A stretch of 64,000 nucleotides of DNA from Planctomycetota bacterium (GTDB taxonomy: Bacteria > Planctomycetota > GCA-2746535): NCBI GenBank assembly GCA_002746535.1, contig NVWA01000022.1:23577-87576 (forward strand), in the 5' to 3' direction. Made by a program: the position numbers and the translations under genes. Shown in pieces: positions 32,696-42,556 of the stretch (position 1 is its first letter; every line of letters begins with the position of its first letter). The notes under the pieces are model-generated. The model worked only from the letters and a program-made list of their open reading frames with translations. It did no database searches and had not been told where the DNA came from.

Positions 32696-33706
32696 TCAAT
32701 TGTTTGGTTTATCAATTTTCAAATGTTCATAAGCTAGCTTGGTGGCAGTTCTACCACGGTCAGATTTTTCAAGGTAACCCTGTTGAATCAAAAAGGGCTC
32801 ATAAGTATCTTCGATGGTCACTTCAGCTTCATTGACTGAAATAGCGAGAGTTTTTAATCCAACTGGTTTACCTGCACGGATTAATACTGATAAAATTTTT
32901 CGATCAAGCTCTTCTAAACCGTTTTCATCAACCCCCAGCATGGACAAACCTTCCATGGCAATAGTATGATCAATCAAACCATTTCCTTTAACATCCGCTA
33001 AATCTCTGACTCTTCTTAAAAAACGATTGGCAACTCTAGGTGTTCCTCGACACCTTTTTGCCAACTCTAATGATGACTCTTCTGTTATTTCTGTTTTTAA
33101 TAAAGAAGCTGAACGCTTGACAATTTTCTCAAGATCATCTACTCCATAATATTGAAACTTTTCGCGGATCCCAAATCGTTCACGAAAAGGTGATGATAAA
33201 TTGCCCTCTCTGGTAGTTGCGCCAGCTAATGTGAATTTTGGTAAAGGCAACTTCACAGATCGACTTCCTGGGCCAGAATCAATTACTATATCAATAAAGA
33301 AATCTTCCATCGCTGAATATAAATACTCTTCAACTATAGTTGGTAAGCGATGAATTTCATCTACAAATAAAACATCCCCTTCTGATAAGCTGGTTAATAT
33401 CCCAGCTAAATCCCCTGGCTTTTCTAAACTCGGACCACTAGTTTCAATAATTTCAACATCCAATTCTTCAGCAATTATTCTTGCTAAAGTGGTTTTGCCT
33501 AATCCAGGCGGACCAGAAAATAATACATGGTCTAATGTTTCATTTCTTTTTTTTGCAGCTTCAATATAAATATTTAAATTACTTTTAAGTGTGTCCTGTC
33601 CCGTAAATTCACTTAGTATTTTTGGACGCAATGTTTTTTCAAGTTCTTGCTCCTTAGAACCTGATTCGCCTGAAATGATACGATGATCTGAGAAATCGGA
33701 ATCCAT
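32696..33706 (-). CDS. ruvB: Holliday junction branch migration helicase RuvB
   Basis: LRPKILSEFTGQ, Walker A GPPGLGKTTLA, Walker B DVLFVDEIHRL, RuvB C-terminal winged helix. Confidence 0.9.
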   Translation of the reverse strand: MDSDFSDHRIISGESGSKEQELEKTLRPKILSEFTGQDTLKSNLNIYIEAAKKRNETLDHVLFSGPPGLGKTTLARIIAEELDVEIIETSGPSLEKPGDLAGILTSLSEGDVLFVDEIHRLPTIVEEYLYSAMEDFFIDIVIDSGPGSRSVKLPLPKFTLAGATTREGNLSSPFRERFGIREKFQYYGVDDLEKIVKRSASLLKTEITEESSLELAKRCRGTPRVANRFLRRVRDLADVKGNGLIDHTIAMEGLSMLGVDENGLEELDRKILSVLIRAGKPVGLKTLAISVNEAEVTIEDTYEPFLIQQGYLEKSDRGRTATKLAYEHLKIDKPNN

Positions 33707-34284
33707 TAAATAATTTTAAGAACCTCTCTAATAAGCTCATCAATTGCTATCTGATCTTTTGTACTCATCACAGATTTAATTGCTTTGCTCGATTCTTTTT
33801 CATTATAACCTAAAGTTTGCAATGCCGCTAATGCATCTTGATGTATATTATAAGGAAGATCAGAATTCGAATCAATTTGAACATCATTTAAAGCTGATGA
33901 CAATTCCAGAATAATTCTTTCAGCAGTTTTCTTACCGACTCCTTTTATTTTGTTTAAAGCCGTTACATTTCCCATTTTAACAGATTCTACTAATTGAGAG
34001 AATGGAGAACCAGACATAATTCGTAAAGCAGTCATTGGTCCAATACCATTAATTGAAATTAATTTAGTAAAAAATAGGCGCTCATTTTGATCTAAAAATC
34101 CAAATAAGTTCAGAATATCTTCACGAACATGCAAGAATGTGTAGACAAGACATTCCTGCCCAATATCAGGAGAATTATCATATGTTTGAAAGGAAATATT
34201 GAGGTGGTAACCTACTCCCTGACATCTTAATATCAGGGACGTTGGTTGCTTCGAATGTATTACACCAAGTATATGATCATACAT
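33706..34284 (-). CDS. ruvA: Holliday junction DNA-binding protein RuvA
   Basis: 192 aa. N-terminal OB domain (MYDHILGVI...), two HhH motifs (INGIGPMTALRI, KIKGVGKKTAERI), C-terminal RuvB-interacting domain. Confidence 0.85.
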   Translation of the reverse strand: MYDHILGVIHSKQPTSLILRCQGVGYHLNISFQTYDNSPDIGQECLVYTFLHVREDILNLFGFLDQNERLFFTKLISINGIGPMTALRIMSGSPFSQLVESVKMGNVTALNKIKGVGKKTAERIILELSSALNDVQIDSNSDLPYNIHQDALAALQTLGYNEKESSKAIKSVMSTKDQIAIDELIREVLKII

Positions 34285-34297
34285 TACACAATCATCT

Positions 34298-35620
34298 TTA
34301 AGGTTTTAAAGATAAATTATGTTGTTCTAAAAGAATTGCAATTTCATCAAGAGAGGTTTGGCCAAAGTTTCTGATAGCCATAAGATCTTCTTTACTAAAG
34401 CGTGTGATTTCTTCTAAATCTCTAATGCCCAATCTTTCCAAACATTTTTTACTTCGTAAAGAAATTTGAATACTATCAATTGAAATTCCACCAATAATTG
34501 CTGTAGCAGGTGAAGCTAATGCGGCTGGATCTTGAGAAGGTAACATTGGAGCAAAAACATCGCGACCATCTTCTTTACTGCTTTTAAGTGATAACTGTCT
34601 TTGAAGTAACATTTCTTTGATTTCTTTAAGTGAAGTTTCACCAAAGTTTTTATAAGAAAGCAAATCTTCTTCAGTTCTATTAACCAAATCACCTAAGGTC
34701 AAAATGTTCATTTTTGATAAACAATTTCTACTTCTAACAGATAATTCGAAATCAGAAACAGGAACACTAAGGATTTTTTCCGTATCTTTTTTCTCTTGAT
34801 CTTTCTTTTCATCAAAGATCATATTTTGCGAACCAAGCGAGTTGCTTAAATGCAATCTTATGACGCTATTAGTTGGTTCACTCTCTAAGGCTTTCTGAAA
34901 GCATATGATCGCTTTTGAATAATGATCATCATCTTCAAATAATAAACCTAAATTTACTAAAGTTTTTGTAGGAACATATCCATAAGGTATACAAGAAAGA
35001 TACAACGATATTGCCTTTTCATTTTCATTATATAAATCATAAAGATTTGCTAATCTAAATGAGGCTAAATAAAATCTTGAGAAATTTTCAACTAATCTTT
35101 CAAAAATAGTGATTGCAGCTTCATGTTCGTGATTGAATTCTAAAATTCTTGCTTCACAATATAAAACATGTACATTTTCACCAAAAGTCTCTTTAGCTTT
35201 TGTATATATCTCATTTGCTTTTTCTACATTTTCTACTCCAAGTAATGCATCTACATATAGTAGAGCCTGCATTGGATCTGATCCATCGTAAACATCTTTC
35301 ATGTATTCAACAGATTTTTCATACTTGCTACTAGTTAAATAGCAATGAGATAATACCGTGCTGGCTAGAGATGAAACATCATTGCCTTCTAAATCTTCGA
35401 CAACTGATTGGTATTGTCCAACCATCCAAGAAACGTATGCTTTATTTTCATTTTTTAAGTCATCAGATAAACTACTTTGGTCAATTTTTTCGACAGAATT
35501 TAATAAATTCTGCATAGTTTCACCAGACTGAATATGATCAATTCTTAAAGATTCTAAATCATTTATTCCATGTACTTGACCAGATAAAAGATGGTCAACT
35601 GTAGTAACGGCACCGTCCAT
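34298..35620 (-). CDS. TPR-repeat protein with two tandem C-terminal RNA polymerase alpha-subunit CTD-like domains
   Basis: C-terminal repeats FELSVRSRNCLSKMNILTLGDLVNRTEEDLLSYKNFGETSLKEIKEMLLQRQLSL and ISLRSKKCLERLGIRDLEEITRFSKEDLMAIRNFGQTSLDEIAILLEQHNLSL closely mirror the RpoA alpha-CTD core ([51 protein letters not shown]). The N-terminal half is TPR-like. It ends 14 nt before ruvA. Confidence 0.6.
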   Translation of the reverse strand: MDGAVTTVDHLLSGQVHGINDLESLRIDHIQSGETMQNLLNSVEKIDQSSLSDDLKNENKAYVSWMVGQYQSVVEDLEGNDVSSLASTVLSHCYLTSSKYEKSVEYMKDVYDGSDPMQALLYVDALLGVENVEKANEIYTKAKETFGENVHVLYCEARILEFNHEHEAAITIFERLVENFSRFYLASFRLANLYDLYNENEKAISLYLSCIPYGYVPTKTLVNLGLLFEDDDHYSKAIICFQKALESEPTNSVIRLHLSNSLGSQNMIFDEKKDQEKKDTEKILSVPVSDFELSVRSRNCLSKMNILTLGDLVNRTEEDLLSYKNFGETSLKEIKEMLLQRQLSLKSSKEDGRDVFAPMLPSQDPAALASPATAIIGGISIDSIQISLRSKKCLERLGIRDLEEITRFSKEDLMAIRNFGQTSLDEIAILLEQHNLSLKP

Positions 35621-35743
35621 GAGTTTCCTTTTTTTATTAGAGAAAATGTTCGATTTGTACTTTTAAAATCGCGCCATTATAGTAGTATTCAAAAAATGTC
35701 AAGGTAGCTAAAATGAGTGTCAACGACCTGAATATATTTCATA

Positions 35744-36997
35744 ATGAAAACTATTACGAATTATGGTAAGTCTATTGAATTTTTAGAAAGCCATATTAAT
35801 TTTGAAACTTTCGCCAACCCCACACAATCAAAATATAAATTAGATTTAACACATTTAATTAAATATGGAGAAAAGCTAAATCTTGTAGATGGACTCCCCC
35901 CAATCATCCATATAGCCGGAACAAAAGGCAAAGGAACCATCTCAATGTTACTTGAAAAAGCACTTCGCCTAAGTGGTAAAAAAACGGGACTTTTTACCAG
36001 CCCACATTTGTACCGTGTAAACGAACGCACAAGAATAAATGGTATCCCTTTATCAAATGATCAATTTGTCAACATGATCGAAGATTTCAGATCAAAAATA
36101 GAGAATTTATCGTTAACCACATTGAGTTATTTCGAAATATTAACAATCGCATCAATGCAGTATTTTAAAAATCAATCATTAGATTTTATTATTTTGGAAA
36201 CAGGACTAGGCGGTCGACTGGATTCAACGAATATATTTAAGTCTACTTTAACAATTATTGGAAAAATTGATTTTGATCACACACACATTTTAGGTAATAC
36301 ATTAGCTGCCATTGCTGGAGAAAAAGCCGGCATCATGAAATCAAACGTTCCTTCTATATGTCTATTACAAGATCAAACAATAAATGAGGTTTTTAAAGCA
36401 ACTGCCAATAAAAAGAATACTTCTATTGAATGGGCACAGAAAGATCAAATTACTTCACTTCAATTAAATGAATTTGAAAAAGAAAATTATAGTTTGATTG
36501 AAAAAAGTTTATGTTATTTAAAAAAAGAACATCAAATCACATTCCCAGAAAATATCATTAAACTGTTACAAGAAACTTCTTTACCAGGAAGATTCGAAAA
36601 ATTCCATTACGGTAAAAACAATCAAACCATCGTTTTAGATGTATCTCACAACCAAATATCATTTCAATTTTTAAAACAAAAAATCAAGTCATCGTTTGGC
36701 AGCGAACCCTTTGTTTTGATTTTAGCTTTATCAAATGATAAATTTTCAGAAAAATTAAAAGCAATCATTGACCAGCTAAATTGCAAATTGTATTTTTTAT
36801 CCGTATCAAACAATCTTAGATTAATGCCTGTAAAAGAATTAAAGCAGCACTTCCCAAAAGGAATTGAATTAGATGATTTTGAAAGTGGAATTGCCGAAAT
36901 ATTAAATGAAAATAAAAGTGACCCGATTATATTCACCGGTAGTTTTTTCCTTATTGGAGAAGTAGGCAAAAAATTTAACCGAACCGCCAATTATTAA
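35744..36997 (+). CDS. folC: Folylpolyglutamate synthase / dihydrofolate synthase (Mur ligase family)
   Basis: P-loop IHIAGTKGKGT is the Mur-ligase/FolC ATP-binding motif; 417 aa is consistent. Confidence 0.7.
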   Translation: MKTITNYGKSIEFLESHINFETFANPTQSKYKLDLTHLIKYGEKLNLVDGLPPIIHIAGTKGKGTISMLLEKALRLSGKKTGLFTSPHLYRVNERTRINGIPLSNDQFVNMIEDFRSKIENLSLTTLSYFEILTIASMQYFKNQSLDFIILETGLGGRLDSTNIFKSTLTIIGKIDFDHTHILGNTLAAIAGEKAGIMKSNVPSICLLQDQTINEVFKATANKKNTSIEWAQKDQITSLQLNEFEKENYSLIEKSLCYLKKEHQITFPENIIKLLQETSLPGRFEKFHYGKNNQTIVLDVSHNQISFQFLKQKIKSSFGSEPFVLILALSNDKFSEKLKAIIDQLNCKLYFLSVSNNLRLMPVKELKQHFPKGIELDDFESGIAEILNENKSDPIIFTGSFFLIGEVGKKFNRTANY

Positions 36998-37018
36998 CCA
37001 CAGATACTGCTTATTTAA

Positions 37019-37486
37019 TCAATTCGCAAATACGGCCATACTTTTAAATACGGCATAATACAAGATAGGAATCATCAACAATGTCGGCAACTCATTATAG
37101 AATCTAAAAAATATATGAGTTTGGGATAACTCATCTTTCTTCATTTTGACAAGAAAGAAATAGCACGAAATATGATATAAAATCAAACAAAACACAAATA
37201 TCATTTTAATAAATAGCCATTTAAATGGATTCCCAGCAACTTTTAGCAACATCCCTGATTCAATCGCTAAACACAAGCCCGACCCAATAGCTAAAAATCC
37301 CATTATCGACATGAAAGCAAATAACTTAGAAGCCATTACTTTTAAATATTCGACATTAGCATTTTGCTCTTTCCCACGTTGAAAGTGAACAAAGATTCTT
37401 GGCAAATAAAATAATGTTGCCATCCAACCAATGATAAAAAATAGGTGGATTACTTTTAGCCAATAATACATAAATTTAAAATCCAA
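37019..37486 (-). CDS. hemJ: Protoporphyrinogen IX oxidase HemJ (CopD-like/UPF0093 membrane protein)
   Basis: YYWLKVIHLFFIIGWMATLFYLPRIFVHF matches the conserved HemJ N-terminal helix (WLKALH..A....W.AGLFYLPRLFVY); about 150-aa 4-TM protein. Confidence 0.55.
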   Translation of the reverse strand: MDFKFMYYWLKVIHLFFIIGWMATLFYLPRIFVHFQRGKEQNANVEYLKVMASKLFAFMSIMGFLAIGSGLCLAIESGMLLKVAGNPFKWLFIKMIFVFCLILYHISCYFFLVKMKKDELSQTHIFFRFYNELPTLLMIPILYYAVFKSMAVFAN

Positions 37487-37602
37487 AATAAAAAAATAAA
37501 ATCATAATAGAAAATATTCTAAATAAAATCATTTTTTAATTTTTATTTTAATGAATTCGATGAGGAAGAGAAACCAATGGCCAACTATATTGACCATTGG
37601 GT

Positions 37603-37634
37603 AAGAGGTTTGTGAGGGATACCTCTTATTTTTT
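37603..37634 (+). terminator. Orphan plus-strand intrinsic terminator (AAGAGGT-11 nt-ACCTCTT followed by ATTTTTT)
   Basis: 7-bp stem, 11-nt loop, then T6. There is no plus-strand CDS upstream; it overlaps the stop codon of the convergent minus-strand gene. Confidence 0.4.
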
Positions 37635-38465
37635 AAAAAGATCTTTTAATCTATACCAAGCACCAGATCTCTTGCGATATTTGGGATTGGCAGCGATTAA
37701 TAAGTCTTGACCAATTTCAAATGAAACAAACTCAAGAAATCTTTCATTACTACGTATGATATATTTCCAACCAAAAGCATGATCTTCAAAATCCATTTTC
37801 TTAGCATACTTTTTTATTCTTTTTTGCACAGATTTCAAACTGGTATTACAAACATTCTGTGGTGCCCATATCATTGAAAATCGTTCCCAGTCTTTATCTC
37901 TTACGTATTTTAACGGAACCCCATAAGAAGATAAATCCCAAATTTCTTGTTGCGTTCCATTTCTGTTTTTATCAACAATAAACATTTTCAATGAATATGA
38001 TATTTTCGTTGGCTCATATAGATCCATCTCTTTGACTTCACCAAAAACTAACGCTTCTACCCCTAATGCCTTGCCTAATTTATATTTATCTTCTTTGTCA
38101 AAATTATGCAATTCTCGAGTAAATTCCATTGTTAAAACTTTAGAAATTACTTCCTTAGGATATTTAACATCAAACATTCGCGTTTGTACCAACTGCGAAG
38201 CAATTTTATCTGCAAACATTTCCGTTTCTTTTCTATTTTTCTTAGTCAAATCGAAAAAAGGTAATACTGCAATTTTCTTAACCCCATAAGCAACACTTAA
38301 AGGTTTTTCTTTTTTCTTTTTCTTTGCTCTTCTTTCTTTTATTTCGATATCTCTGAACTCTTTATTCATTCGCTTATCACGAGCATTTAAATAAGTCACA
38401 AAAAAACAAAACAGAATAAACAAAACACAAATTAATTTAAATAATCTCATCAGGCTTCTCCTCAA
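37626..38465 (-). CDS. Secreted/periplasmic hypothetical protein (LpoB/TolB-N-like fold suspected)
   Basis: N-terminal TM/signal. KKIAVLPFFDLTKK...FADKIASQLVQTRMFDV...ALGVEALVFGEV resembles the alpha/beta domain found in LpoB/TolB-N/CsgG-type lipoproteins. Confidence 0.4.
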   Translation of the reverse strand: MRRSLMRLFKLICVLFILFCFFVTYLNARDKRMNKEFRDIEIKERRAKKKKKEKPLSVAYGVKKIAVLPFFDLTKKNRKETEMFADKIASQLVQTRMFDVKYPKEVISKVLTMEFTRELHNFDKEDKYKLGKALGVEALVFGEVKEMDLYEPTKISYSLKMFIVDKNRNGTQQEIWDLSSYGVPLKYVRDKDWERFSMIWAPQNVCNTSLKSVQKRIKKYAKKMDFEDHAFGWKYIIRSNERFLEFVSFEIGQDLLIAANPKYRKRSGAWYRLKDLFKK

Positions 38466-38471
38466 AATACC

Positions 38472-39533
38472 TTATTTGTCTTTTTCATCCAATTTTACCA
38501 TCATATTGCTCGGTAACTGTGGCTTAACCATCCAAATATTTTGATGTCCATTTCTTAATGAAATAAAGAAAACACTGTTTTTAGGTCCCCATACAGGGTG
38601 CCAATCTGGTGCTTGATGATTAGTTAATCGTATTAAATTATTTCCATCAGAACCTATTACCCATACGTCATCACCTCTATCATAACGTTGTTCTTTTTTA
38701 GCTGGGAAACTCTTTGAGATGGCACCAAAAACGATATAGCCACCATCAGTTGAATAACAAGGTGTTACCGCTCCCCATTGCGCATTTTCTAAAATTTCTG
38801 AAATTATTTCACCTGAAAAAGTGTATGACCAAATTGAATACCATGGCATATCTCTATTACGGTAAGTTTGACAAACTACATGTTTACCATCCGGAGAATA
38901 CTTTGGATATAATCCAAATATCCTGATCGTGATCTCTTCGTTAGTATTAATAGTTCTTTCGCAAATATGCCATTTTCCCGTCGTTTGACTTCTTCGATTA
39001 AAGATAATTTTTTTACCATCAGGTGACCAACTTGGGTTTCGCTCTTCGTGATCTCCTCTTGTTAATTGTTGAGGATTTACACTTCTTGCATTAACTGATT
39101 TTAAAAATATTTGAAATTTGCCATTTCGGTTGGAAGCAAAAGCTAATCTTTTTCCATCAGGACTAATTGAAGGATTAATATCATAAGCATTATCAAAAGT
39201 AATCTTTTCAACTACTTTAGAATAGATTTTTTTTCTATAGATATCTGGTTTATGAGAATGCATCGTTGAAGCAAAATAGATATATTTGCCATCTTTTGAA
39301 ATATTAGGATCAAAATCTTGTCCAGACTCAGAAAAGGTTACCCTTGTTAACGAAGAATAAGGATGCTCAAAAGTTACCGAAATAGGGTTTTTGCCTTTAG
39401 TTAATCCAGCTGAAGGAGGATCCATCGGAACTGCAGGAACTGAAGGTCGATGCTTATCTCTTCTAAAACTACAACCAACCACTACCAGGGTTAGTATCAA
39501 AATTACCAAACTACTTTTTAATAAATCTTTCAT
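38472..39533 (-). CDS. TolB-like beta-propeller lipoprotein (PD40/WD40-like repeats)
   Basis: Lipobox-like VVGCSF. Repeated SPDGKRLAFASNRNGKFQIF / SWSPDGKKIIFN / PKYSPDGKHVV units typical of PD40 propeller blades. Confidence 0.55.
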   Translation of the reverse strand: MKDLLKSSLVILILTLVVVGCSFRRDKHRPSVPAVPMDPPSAGLTKGKNPISVTFEHPYSSLTRVTFSESGQDFDPNISKDGKYIYFASTMHSHKPDIYRKKIYSKVVEKITFDNAYDINPSISPDGKRLAFASNRNGKFQIFLKSVNARSVNPQQLTRGDHEERNPSWSPDGKKIIFNRRSQTTGKWHICERTINTNEEITIRIFGLYPKYSPDGKHVVCQTYRNRDMPWYSIWSYTFSGEIISEILENAQWGAVTPCYSTDGGYIVFGAISKSFPAKKEQRYDRGDDVWVIGSDGNNLIRLTNHQAPDWHPVWGPKNSVFFISLRNGHQNIWMVKPQLPSNMMVKLDEKDK

Positions 39534-39727
39534 TTCTGTTATCTCCTCACAAATTATTTTGTAGTGAATAGAAAAGCAAAGAAAATGCCAAGTACAGAAA
39601 ATTTCTTAAATCAGTTGTAAGCAATTGATTTATATGATGTTATAGAATATTTATATGAAAGAATTATGGTGAATAAAATTAAAATCGGCGGAAATCACCT
39701 ACCGAAATGGGCAAAGATACCCTAAAA

Positions 39728-39943
39728 TTAGCCGATTAAATCCAATCGGTGTATTTTTCTGATACGCTGACTAACTATATTATCAATTTTATTTTTATCG
39801 TTTTCAATGCGATTATAGAGTTTTGTTCTACTTTCCCGAACTTTTTGGTCAATTTTCTGTCCTACACCATTATCAATCATATTTGATGATCTAGGTACAC
39901 TCTTGCGAATAGAGACCGTAGGCATAAAATTAGAGACACTCAT
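39728..39943 (-). CDS. Small hypothetical ORF (71 aa), doubtful
   Basis: Only an ORF call; no motif; lies in an otherwise empty 640-bp gap. Confidence 0.15.
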   Translation of the reverse strand: MSVSNFMPTVSIRKSVPRSSNMIDNGVGQKIDQKVRESRTKLYNRIENDKNKIDNIVSQRIRKIHRLDLIG

Positions 39944-40173
39944 CGTTTACTTTTCCCCATCCTTGATCAAAAAACACTAATCGAATTATAGTCCAATATT
40001 CGAGTAATTTCCAGCAAAAATTTTTTTTCTTTATCCTTGAGAATCGATTAAAAAGTCTCATCTAAAAATTATTCCTAAAAATTAATAATCTAACTTTTGA
40101 AACCAATAATATTTGCATATTGCCATCTAAATTAAGACGTTACACAAATAGAATCATTCAATAAAACGAATGA

Positions 40174-41430
40174 TTATTCAGTAGCCAATGACTTTACAAT
40201 CATCCCAGAACGCAACTTAGGTTCAAACCAAGTTGATTTTGGAGGCATCACTTCCCCAGCATCAGCAATTGCAATTAACTGATCTATACCCGTTGGATAT
40301 AAGGCAAAGGCAACTTGGCAATCATCATGACACCTTTTTTCTAATTCAGATAAACCACGAATGCCACCAACGAAATCGATATCATTGCTAGTTTTAGGAT
40401 CTTCAATTCCTAATATTGGTTGCAGAAGTAAATTCTGAAGTAAAGCCACATCCAATGAGTTCACAGGATCATTGCGATCAATTAAATTTTCTTTTGTTTT
40501 TAATCGGTACCAAGCATCATTTAAATACATAGCAAACTCTGTGCGTCTTTCAGGTTTTGCATCTTTGGCATTATCAATATCTAATAATGTTAAATCGAAA
40601 CTTTCAGCAATTTTAGCTTTTAAATCTTCAACGGAATTGCCATTTAATGTTTTCAATACACGGTTGTAATCCATAACGAACAATTGGTTGTCTGGAAATA
40701 TCACCGATAAAAAATGGTTGTAAGGCTCATCACCAGAATGTGATTTATTATCAGCAACTCGCATAGCTTTGACCCTTGATGCCGCGGCTGAACGATGATG
40801 ACCATCAGCAACATACAATGCTGGAACATCATTGAAAAGTTCAATAAATTTATCAATTGTTTCGTCATTGTTGACATTCCACAAGGTATGTTGAATGCTA
40901 TCATCAGCAGTAAAATCAATTGCTGGTTCAATCGTAATAATAGAAGCAACCAAATCATCAATTTCAGCTTTATGTTGATAAGTTAAAAATACTGGACCCG
41001 TATTAGCATTCAATATATTCACATGCTTGGCTCTATCATCTTCTTTGACTTTACGGGTGTGCTCGTGCTTTTTTATTAATCCTGTATCATATTCATCTAC
41101 AGAGGCACCAGCGACTAATCCAATCTGAGTCACATCACCCATAATTTGTCGGTATAAATAGAAAACAGGTTTTTCACTCTGCACTAAATTACCATCAGCG
41201 ATTAACTGCTGTAAATTTTCAGACCCTTTATTATACACTTCATCAGAATGCGTATCCGCATCTGACGGGAAATCCACCTCTGATTTAACGACCCTTAAAA
41301 AGCTCAAAGGATTATCTTTGGTAATTTCTCTAGCTTCCTCAGAATTCATAACATCGTATGGCAAAGAAGCTACTTTAGATGCTGATTCTTTAGTTGGTGT
41401 AAATCCTTTAAATGGCTTAATAGCTGACAT
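40174..41430 (-). CDS. DUF1015-family protein (function unknown), last gene of the serA-serC operon
   Basis: N-terminus MSAIKPFKGF...VASLPYDVMNSEEAREI matches the conserved DUF1015 start (IxPFxG...V..PPYDVI..EEA); 418 aa. Confidence 0.55.
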   Translation of the reverse strand: MSAIKPFKGFTPTKESASKVASLPYDVMNSEEAREITKDNPLSFLRVVKSEVDFPSDADTHSDEVYNKGSENLQQLIADGNLVQSEKPVFYLYRQIMGDVTQIGLVAGASVDEYDTGLIKKHEHTRKVKEDDRAKHVNILNANTGPVFLTYQHKAEIDDLVASIITIEPAIDFTADDSIQHTLWNVNNDETIDKFIELFNDVPALYVADGHHRSAAASRVKAMRVADNKSHSGDEPYNHFLSVIFPDNQLFVMDYNRVLKTLNGNSVEDLKAKIAESFDLTLLDIDNAKDAKPERRTEFAMYLNDAWYRLKTKENLIDRNDPVNSLDVALLQNLLLQPILGIEDPKTSNDIDFVGGIRGLSELEKRCHDDCQVAFALYPTGIDQLIAIADAGEVMPPKSTWFEPKLRSGMIVKSLATE

Positions 41431-41450
41431 AATTAATTCCCTTTCGAAAA

Positions 41451-42539
41451 TTATGCTGGATTATTTTTTTGAAATAATTCCATAAATTCTTTTAGAGCTT
41501 TCACCCCTTCCATGGGCAGGGAATTATAGCAACTGGCACGACAACCGCCTACACTTTTATGACCCTTTAAGCCAATTATTCCAGCAGCGGTTGCTTCTTT
41601 TATTAACTTCTGCTCAAGCTCTTCAGAAGGCAATCTGAAAACAATATTCATCCATGATCGAGATGCCTCATCAACGGGATTATTAAAGTATCCATCACTA
41701 TTATCAATGACATCATATATAGTGCCTGATTTTTCAATAGCGGATTTCTCCATACCTTCAAGGCCACCTTGTGACTTCATCCATTTCAAAACCTTTCCCA
41801 TCATATAGATAGAAAAAACAGGCGGAGTGTTATACAAAGATTCTTTACCACAATGCAGATCGTATCTAAGATAGCTACCAAGGTTTTTATTTTCTTCAGC
41901 ACAAATACTTTTACGAATAAAAACAATCGCCATGCCTGCAGGGCCCAAGTTCTTTTGAGCACCACCATAAACTAAATCAAATTTTTCCCATGGGATACTC
42001 CTACTCATATAATCAGAAGACATATCAGCAACTAAAGGGACATCCACTTCTGGCCATTCTGTCATTCTAATTCCACCAATTGTTTCATTAGAAGTGATAT
42101 GAAGATATCTCGTATTCTCTGACAGAGCGTATTCTTCCGCTTTTGGCATTCTTATAAAGTTTTCCTCTGAGCCATCCCACGCTAAATAAATATCACCATA
42201 AACTTTAGCATCAGCGATTGCTTTCTTAGACCATGCTCCACAATTCACGTAAGCGGCCTTTTGACCTTCTTGTAAAAGGTTCATTGGTATCATTGAAAAC
42301 TGCAAGGTAGCACCCCCTTGAATAAACATCACTTCAAATTCATCCGGGACACCAAAAACTTCTTTGGATAAAGTCATCGCTTCTTGATGAACGGCATCAT
42401 ATTCCTTACTTCGATGGCTCAATTCGATCACTGACATGCCACTATCAGAAAAATTTGTAAATTCTTTTTGCGCCTCTTCTAATACCGGCAATGGCAATGT
42501 ACAAGGCCCAGCCCCAAAATTAAAAACTCTCTTTGACAT
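41451..42539 (-). CDS. serC: Phosphoserine aminotransferase
   Basis: MSKRVFNFGAGPCTLPLPVLEEAQKEF is the SerC N-terminal signature; an internal PLP-lysine region follows (GGAQKNLGPAG); 362 aa. Confidence 0.85.
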   Translation of the reverse strand: MSKRVFNFGAGPCTLPLPVLEEAQKEFTNFSDSGMSVIELSHRSKEYDAVHQEAMTLSKEVFGVPDEFEVMFIQGGATLQFSMIPMNLLQEGQKAAYVNCGAWSKKAIADAKVYGDIYLAWDGSEENFIRMPKAEEYALSENTRYLHITSNETIGGIRMTEWPEVDVPLVADMSSDYMSRSIPWEKFDLVYGGAQKNLGPAGMAIVFIRKSICAEENKNLGSYLRYDLHCGKESLYNTPPVFSIYMMGKVLKWMKSQGGLEGMEKSAIEKSGTIYDVIDNSDGYFNNPVDEASRSWMNIVFRLPSEELEQKLIKEATAAGIIGLKGHKSVGGCRASCYNSLPMEGVKALKEFMELFQKNNPA

Positions 42540-42556
42540 GAAATTTCCTTCCTGAT

